The notes under the pieces were generated by a model that saw only the letters and a list, made by a program, of their open reading frames with translations, was not told the DNA's origin and did no database searches. From contig OZ024740.1 of assembly GCA_964016885.1 (NCBI GenBank), positions 424,204,001 through 424,268,000 of the forward strand: DNA of 64,000 bases, written 5' to 3'. Each line of letters begins with the position of its first letter. Positions within the stretch are counted from its first letter, which is position 1. A program made the position numbers and the translations under genes. Source of the stretch: Eledone cirrhosa. Taxonomy: Eukaryota. Positions 56,636-64,000 of this stretch are shown here, one piece after another.

Positions 56636-57257
56636 AAAAAAAAAAAAGAAAAAAAAAAGAAACAAAGCAAAATGAATTAAAAACAATACAAAAATATAAA
56701 AATAAAATAAGTAGAAATTTCAAAGACTTCTTCCTTCAAGATAGAGCAAAAGCAGTGAATTATTTACTCCCATTCTCTAATAACAAACACAATGAATATT
56801 ACATTGCCTGCCAATTAACAATAGAAGGCTGCTGTGTTATATCCCAAAGTTATCAAACAAACACAGCACATTAATATTCAATAGTTTAGTGAAAGCCATA
56901 TTAAACAGCAATACTCTGTTAATTAGTAAGTGTTTATGTCTTCAAATATTATTAACCTTTTATGTTACAACGCCATAAACACACGCTGACAGTTTGTTGC
57001 TTGCTAGCTTGCATTAAGGCTGATGCATCGTAAAAACATATTACCAGAAAAACGTTGCTGCCTTCTCTCTATCACTAACAAACCACACTTGAAATATTCA
57101 AACTGTCTATCAGGATTTTCCGTTGCTCTACACACACACATATATGTGTATACATATTTACACAATCTTTGTTTATAAGCATGGAAATTCAAAAGGAATC
57201 CATCAACAACATTGGTGTGTGCATGTGTAAAGAAACCTTTCATCATTGAAATATATA

Positions 57258-57433
<176 letters not shown>

Positions 57434-58511
57434 TATCACTATATAGGCTTAATAAAATGAATATATATATATATATATGAACATAAATAAATAATATATT
57501 TCTGCTCTCTTCCCAATTGAGCAGTTTCCCTTTTTCACACCTACGGATATTGCTACAGATACACAACCCAAGTTGTGTCGGGTGGGGGATAGCCACAGTT
57601 AAAAGAGGTACTAAATATGTTGGTAGAGTATAGGCATCTTTATTATATATAGAAATGTCTTCTACAAGAATAGAACTGATGATTTCATTTGTATGAATGA
57701 AACAGTTCTAGTCCTGTAGAAGTCATTTCCCTCTCTCTCTCTCTATATATATACTGTAGAAGTACTTAGCTAAGAGTAAACCTCTGCGCCTAGCCTTCAT
57801 TGAGAAAGTCTTTGACAGGATCTCCTACTCTGTAATCTGGTTAACATTTAAGGTGCTAGGTGTAGAAGAATAGCTTGTGATGGCTATACAAGTTATATAT
57901 ACAGGTGCAACAGATAAATTGAAGGAGTACAAATGTGGTGTAGAGAACAGTGTAGGAACACTACATGGGAGAAAGGATAAAAGAGTACTAGCAGGGGTTT
58001 CAAACACAAGAAAAACTCATTAATGCTCTAACAACATGCTAGACTAGAGAATGGTGGCTCACTGGTAAAGTGAAGATCATATGCAAACACAAAGCCAACA
58101 AAATGTTTGGACAGATTAAAGAAACTACCCATATAACAGAAACTAAACCCACTCTCAACAGAAAGCAGAAGTGGAATAGTAACATCCCCCATGATCAAGT
58201 GATTGATGACAAAAGTATTACAACATATAGGTATAGAGATGCAGGAACACATAGATAGACATAGCTGCGAGTACAAAGATGTGAATGGGTGTATGCACAC
58301 ACACACACACGTATATAGAGGTAAGGACATTTGAAGGATGGTGGGAAGTTACCAGGATATACACAAATGCATCACATATGCAGATAGGTGCAAACATTAA
58401 CATGGGTAGTAATATATAAACACACACACAGGTTCAATATAACAGTAGTAATAAGGACAACAATATCATTGGCAACAGAAAATAAAGGGAACACGAAACA
58501 CACACATCCAT

Positions 58512-58762
58512 ATCATCATCATCATTGTTTTTATGTACACTTTTCCATGCTTGCATGGGTTGGACTGGTCCTACTCAGCACAGCATTTCTCAACATGTTG
58601 CGTTCCTTCATCATCATCTATTTCAGTCTTATCGATTTGAGGCTCGCTCTCACCACCTCTGCCCAGGACTTTCTTGGTTGTCCTCGAGTGTGGCTTCTTT
58701 CCACTGGCATTTCTTCACCCATTGGTCATTGTCCATGCGCATCACAAGTCTCACATCCATAG
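58512..58762 (-). mobile_element. Old RTE 3' fragment (subfamily 3)
   Basis: Reverse complement of the 34.0-34.2 kb copy; (GAT)n tail. Confidence 0.75.
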
Positions 58763-59269
58763 GAACTAGATGATTTTGCATTTGTGAAATTCTGCCTGCA
58801 CAAACAAATGCATACTCTCACACACACATATATCATCTCGCACTCTTCTCTCTTTCTCAAATAAACACACGTTGTTTCACATACACAAACTAAAACATTA
58901 TGCCTGCACAAACACATGCATGCTCTCTCACACACATATCACCCCCCTCTCTTTCCCAAATAAACACACATTATTTCACATACACAAGCTAGAACATACT
59001 TCATATATATTTCAAGAGAGGAGGATATTTTTTCTGTGAGTGTGAATGTTTAAAAGAAAAAAACTGTGCAGCCGTTTTCAGACTTCTTTAATTCAATGTA
59101 AATATAAAAATAGAAAGCCCACACAAGAACAGATAGGCTACAGAGTAAATTAGAAAAACCAGCAGGTATTACTATGGGGTTTATTTATGCCCCCACCCCC
59201 CCAATCAACCAGGTGTTTTCAAAATAGTTTTAATATCACAAAAAAAGAAACAATTAAGTTATGTTGCTC

Positions 59270-59470
59270 TAAAGAGCAACAGACAACATGTTTAGCAACA
59301 TAGTTACGTCCCTTTACACTGAGTTCAAATTCTGCTACGGTTAGCTTCCTCTGTCAACCTTACGGGGTTGATAAATAAAGCACCAGTAATGCACTGGGGT
59401 GGATTTAATCGACTTTCCCCAACCTCAACAATTGCTGGCCTTGGGCCTAAATCAGAACCTTTTATTATTA
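59270..59470 (+). mobile_element. Diverged SINE family A
   Basis: Consensus match. Confidence 0.7.
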
Positions 59471-60130
59471 CTATAATGTTGTTGTTGGTGGTGGTGGTGG
59501 TGGTGGTGGTAGTGTAGTAATTATAATGTAATAAAGTTACAAAACTAAATTGACTTTACATCTTAAAATTTTACCAGATTTATTTGCTGCTATCAGGAAT
59601 ACACTTGGAAAAAAAAAGTTTCTTTTCTAACAATGAAAGCTTATATTTTTCTTGTCAACTCCAATAAAAGGCAACACCAAAATTAATCTGTTTTACTTGT
59701 TAAACAAAATTATTTTATTTTATTTCCTTTCTTTCTTTCAAGAAAAGCTTAAAGACTGTTGTCATGCAATAACAATTTCAAGAAAAAGAAAAAAAAAAAA
59801 AAAAGAGAGAGTCACAAAGAAAGTGAAGGTACAATGGAGTGAAATAAAATTTTGGCAGCTGTCTGCAAATAGACATAGTAGAGAAATGTTAATAGAAGAA
59901 GAGTTTTTAAAAAAGAAGGAAGGAGTTAAGCAATGATTGAGAAGGCAATTTGTTAAGGATAACTAGAATCTAATGATAAAATTAGAGAATTAATCTTAGT
60001 TGAAGCAAATGGGAAGGTCACTTATTTTTTCATGCCAATAAAGAAGAAAAATCTCTTTAGTAAATGAACTTACACACACACACACATATATATATATCAT
60101 GTTTAATATAGAAATGGCTTCTAGTATCAA

Positions 60131-60177
<47 letters not shown>

Positions 60178-60284
60178 TTAATTTATCGATATCATCTTAT
60201 TGAGAGCTTGTGCAAGCTTCTGAGGATTGTTCTTTCGAGAAATGCTGCCATAGCTGGAACTTCGATTTACTCACTATCATTATT

Positions 60285-60915
60285 ATATGCTTTGCAGCAC
60301 AGTTACGTCCCTTTACGGACTGGTTCAAATCCCGCCAAGGTTAACATTGCCTTTCATCCTTACGGGGTCGATAAAATAAAGTACCAGTAATGCACTGGGA
60401 TAATTACTGGCCTTGTGCCAATAGTAGAAACAATTATTATATATATATATACACACATCATGATCGTTTAACAAATAATAATTTAGGCACATGGCCAGCT
60501 ATTTTGGTGGTGAAATGGAAGCCAATTGATCAATCCCAATACTCAACTGGATCTTTATTTTATTGACCTCGGAAAGATGAAAGGTAAAATTTTAATAGCA
60601 GCAGGATTTGAACTCAGATCATAGAAAGTCATAACTAAATACCACAAAGTATGTTGTCTGACGCTCTACCGATTCCGGCCAATCTAATGCCTTTACATTG
60701 AGAAATATAAGGGTTTCTGATTTAGACACAATGCCAACAATTCTTTGGTGGGGAGGGGAAAGTCGATTAAAGGAACCCCAGAACGTTACTGGTACTTTAT
60801 TTTATCGACCCTGTAAGGATGAAAACCAAAGCTAACTGTGGCAGGATTTGAACTCAGAACATAAAGGGACGTAACTAAAGAATGTTGTCCGATGCTCTAC
60901 CGATTACTGCCAACC
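60285..60915. mobile_element. SINE family A: one + copy (60285-60440) and two - copies (60480-60915)
   Basis: Consensus matches. Confidence 0.8.
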
Positions 60916-61404
60916 TTTCACATTGAGAAATTAATGAGTCTTTCCCTTCCATTACTGTCCTCTCAAACACAACATTTATTACAGTCTGACCTGATGTGAG
61001 CTGAATGACAGCATGCACTTGTCCAATGTCTAAACATTGCTGATTTCTGGAGGTTTGTAGGACAGATTCAGCTATTTCAATATATAGGTAGACACTAGAA
61101 GTAGGCAAATTAGTATGTCTTTTTGTAGTTATTACTAAATTTACAAAGATTTATAAAGCAACCAGTTATGTAAGAAGTTATGTAGGATGTAATTTGTGGA
61201 AAATTTAGTTGCTATTTCTAGCAGACTAAGTAATCAGATACAGGATCTCTGTAAGTAGTGGTAGTTTAATTTTGGTTCAGATCCAATCAGACAAATTTAT
61301 GATCAAAGCTGTCAACTTCCTGTCTTTGTTTTCTAACCTACTTTTTTTTGAAGACATACTATATCTACAACTACTTCATCAAATATTTTCTTTTTTTTTT
61401 AAAT

Positions 61405-61690
61405 GGCAGGAACTGCGTGACCTAGTAGTAAGGGTGTTGGACTTACAATCAATATGTTGTGAGTTTGATTCCTAGACTGGGTTGTGTGTTGTGTTCTTCA
61501 GCAAAATATTTCATTTCACATTACTCCAGTATACTCAACTGAAAATGAGTACCAGCTATAGCTGGGGTTTAACTCTGCGATGGAGTGGCGTCCTGTTTAT
61601 GGGGAAGTCTTCTACTTTCAGTTGTTCAACGCTATGGAAACCAGGATAAGCACCGGCCTGATGAGTTTCTGGGCTTGAGACAGACTTTAA
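61405..61690 (+). mobile_element. SINE family B
   Basis: Homologous to 3571-3850. Confidence 0.8.
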
Positions 61691-63717
61691 ACTTATACTA
61701 TACTTATACTTCACTGGCACCTTATTTTATCTTAGATTTTATGTGGTTTGAGGGGATTTAGTTGTTATTTTTAACAGTAAAAATGTCCATCACATAGAGG
61801 CTCCTGCAGTTTATTTGCAGTGAGATCTCAATCCAAAGTTTGTTCGCATCCAAGTTCACTTTACATTGCTAATGTCTTGAGGGAAAGAAGGAGAGATATC
61901 TGTCAGTTAGCCAATAGATTTAAGATATCAGACAGCAGAGAACATAATATTACAAACTAATCCCTTATTTGCCCTAATGAAGATGAAATGGAGGAAAGAA
62001 GGAAAAATAATACATAAAATAACGAAAGGAAAAGGAAAAACTAATTGAAGAAAGAATCTAATCTTTTTTTCATAAATCCAGCAGATCCATAGATAAACTG
62101 CATCTCTAGTTATGAACGACATCATCATCATAATAACAGTAATAATAATCATAATGATGATGATAATGGTGATGATGGGGATGATAATGGTTGTGGTGGC
62201 GATGATGATGGTGATGATAAAATAAAAAAAAAGTAGCTTTATGAAACTTATTTTTAAATGACCTGGAAAAATAGTTTTAAAATGATAAAAATCAAATCTG
62301 AAAAGACTTAGTATGAAGATGTCCCGATGTTTATGAATTTTATATTTAAAAAAAAAAAAGAGAGAAAAAGTAAGCTTCTTCTTGGAATGGAATATCATGT
62401 AATGAAGCATCATCAACAATACTATTGCTAAGTGAATTATTATGGTTTGCTTATTCATAGAAATTCTTCACTTCTTCATAGCTACTACAGCAAGCTCTCT
62501 CTCTCTCTCCTCTTTCACTCACTAGATAGATACAAATCCTTCCATTGTGTTAAATTCAACCATATTTTAATAAACTTCAAATGGAACAAATGCTTCATTA
62601 ATTTCCAAATTCTCTTCTCATGAAATGAAAGTATTTCCTTTGAAGAAATAGAAAAAAGTAATAAAAAAAAAGACAAGGATTATAATTTCTTCTTCCTTTA
62701 TCTCCCCTTCTTCCTCCTACTACTGCTAGTATTCCCACCACCACTATTAGTCCTACTACTACTACCACCACCACCACTACTACTACTACCCCCACCACTG
62801 CTACTATTATTAAGATCACTACCACTGCTGCTACTACTACTACCACCACCACTAATACAACAATAACAACATTGAAGTTATTTAACTAAATGAACTAGTG
62901 CTGATCTTGTAAACGAAGGTTAAGAAAATTACCACTAAACACACTAATTAATGTTACGTAACAAATTAGAAATTATTCAAGGGAATTTAAAGCTGAAATT
63001 AGTAATTTCTAATTTAGTCAAGATTTATTCCTAAATTCTATCTTATCTACTTATCTTGTCATTAAAAAAAGATATGTTTGAAACATAATATTGAGAGCAA
63101 TAACATTATTGTACATGTCACATGGTAAACTGTGGTTCTAGCTTCTTTATGAGCTGTAACTGTAATTAACTTTGTATTCACAGTTGATCTAGTTTCACAT
63201 TCCCTAACACAGCTAATCACCCTGGGAAATACATAAATGACTTAACTTACAGTTACCACACACCACCACCACACCACCACCACACCACCACATCTATTTA
63301 AAATGTACACACACACCTCATACACCACACATATCACACACGCATCACATATACCACACAAATGACACTCTCCACATACCACACATCACACAGCATGCAT
63401 GAAATAACTATGACAGTAAGCAAGCCCAGTTAAGAGGTGATATAATGCCACGCTCTTCTTTGAATTCTACTATATATTTTATAGTGTGCAGTCTACCACG
63501 ATATCTGTAATTTATAGTATTGTAATGTATAGGAGTCTCATCATTATCATCATCATGGTCATCATTTAACATTAGTTTTCTCTTCTAGCATAGCTTGAAT
63601 GGGTCTTCACAGACAAAGTCAATACTTAAATGTAAATGATAAAAGATGTTTATGTAAATAAATGTTTGTAGGACACTTTTGTTTTATATCATAAGGGATA
63701 TAGTAAAAGGTGATGAC

Positions 63718-63965
63718 TTGGCAGAGTTATTAGAACATTAAATAGAATGCTTTGCTGTATTCATTCTGGCTATCTTATCTCCGATTTCAAATCCTGCTGA
63801 GGTCAACTTTGCCTTTCAGACTTTCGAGGGCGATAAAAAAAAAAGTACCAGTCTAGTACTGAGTTGATTTTTCCTCTATATCTCTTTCTCACCCTGCCAC
63901 TCTCTCTCTGGAAGAAATTGGTTGTATTCAGACGAGGAGGAAATGGGCTCCACCAGGCTTATAAA
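63718..63965 (+). mobile_element. SINE family A head/core with alternative tail
   Basis: Core followed by CTCTATATCTC..TCTCTGGAAGAAAT..TTCAG..ATGGGCTC, also at 47337-47480 and 34975-35070 (-). Confidence 0.7.
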
Positions 63966-64000
63966 TGGGCTCCACCATGCCCAAGAAATGCCATATGTCA

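Overview
AT-rich eukaryotic intergenic or intronic DNA with no recognisable host-gene exon. The repeat content (RTE LINEs with (GAT)n tails, tRNA-derived SINEs, long (TA)n arrays) looks like a coleoid cephalopod, probably octopus; that assignment is inference. The window holds a near full-length RTE LINE (17.7-21.5 kb, minus strand, only two frameshifts, PHD-type finger after the RT core), many truncated RTE copies, two Naiad-type Penelope-like element (PLE) GIY-YIG fragments, a CR1 3' fragment, modular SINEs, TTAA- and TA-flanked MITEs, a 3.4-kb 29-bp minisatellite and a 200-N gap. The most interesting signals are: (1) two type-I hammerhead ribozyme folds near the PLE fragments, one with the conserved core motifs intact and a ~114-nt stem II; (2) several local fold-back palindromes (16-, 20-, 48- and 124-bp arms), two of which look like template-switch mutations relative to the expected ancestral sequence; (3) SINEs sharing a head/core but carrying different tails, one matching the 3' end of the RTE LINE in the same window. 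Nearly all ORF-track entries outside the retroelements are microsatellite or antisense artefacts. Coordinates of degenerate repeats are approximate.
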